Below are positions 63,891-64,000 of a stretch of DNA of 64,000 nt, one piece after another. The stretch is from Chiloscyllium plagiosum. Taxonomy: Eukaryota. Where the stretch lies: assembly GCF_004010195.1 (NCBI RefSeq), contig NC_057718.1, forward strand, positions 63,078,225-63,142,224, read 5' to 3'. The notes under the pieces were generated by a model. The model was given only the letters and a program-made list of their open reading frames with translations. It ran no database searches and was not told where the DNA came from. Position 1 is the stretch's first letter. Each line of letters opens with the position of its first letter. A program made the translations under genes and the position numbers.

Positions 63891-64000
63891 TTAGATTAGA
63901 TTACATTCCCTAGTGCGGAAACAGGCCCTTCGACCCAACTAGCCCACACCGACCCATTTCCCTCTGACTAATGCATCTAGCACTATGGGCAATTTAGCAT
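63891..64000 (-). mobile_element. HE1-like SINE / CR1-derived 3' tail (runs off window)
   Basis: ttagattagattac...ggaaacaggcccttcg...actatgggcaatttagcat. Confidence 0.7.

Noticed and set aside
1..64000. CRISPR array, prokaryotic operon or defence system
   Set aside because: Spliceosomal exon-intron gene and vertebrate retroelements throughout; no regularly spaced direct repeats

Overview
Eukaryotic, repeat-rich vertebrate genomic DNA. The repeat families (CR1 LINEs, an HE1/V-SINE-like SINE, Penelope-like elements) suggest a cartilaginous fish (inference). The minus strand carries the 3' 19 coding exons of an intact exportin-1 gene (XPO1/CRM1), 63595 to 10968, with GT-AG introns throughout. 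These total 2808 nt (935 aa plus stop, about human residues 137-1071) and are followed by a probable ~1 kb 3'UTR; the 5' exons lie beyond the window. The introns and downstream flank hold decayed CR1 LINEs, SINEs, TA-flanked Tc1/mariner-pogo-type MITEs and many short Penelope-like element ends. The most notable features are: (1) three Penelope-derived families carrying minimal type-I hammerhead-ribozyme motifs, including a perfect 187-bp palindrome with two back-to-back ribozyme cores in an XPO1 intron; (2) a ~3.06 kb single-ORF CR1-clade LINE starting with a tRNA-like Pol III head, whose head and tail also occur as short SINE copies; (3) a decayed class-I (epsilon/gamma-like) endogenous retrovirus with a tRNA-His-like PBS, whose 5' LTR/leader is inverted relative to pol-env-3'LTR; (4) a CR1 with a twin-priming-type 5' inversion; (5) a candidate unannotated 51-nt minus-strand exon downstream of XPO1. 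Repeat boundaries are approximate unless TSDs or TIRs are quoted.
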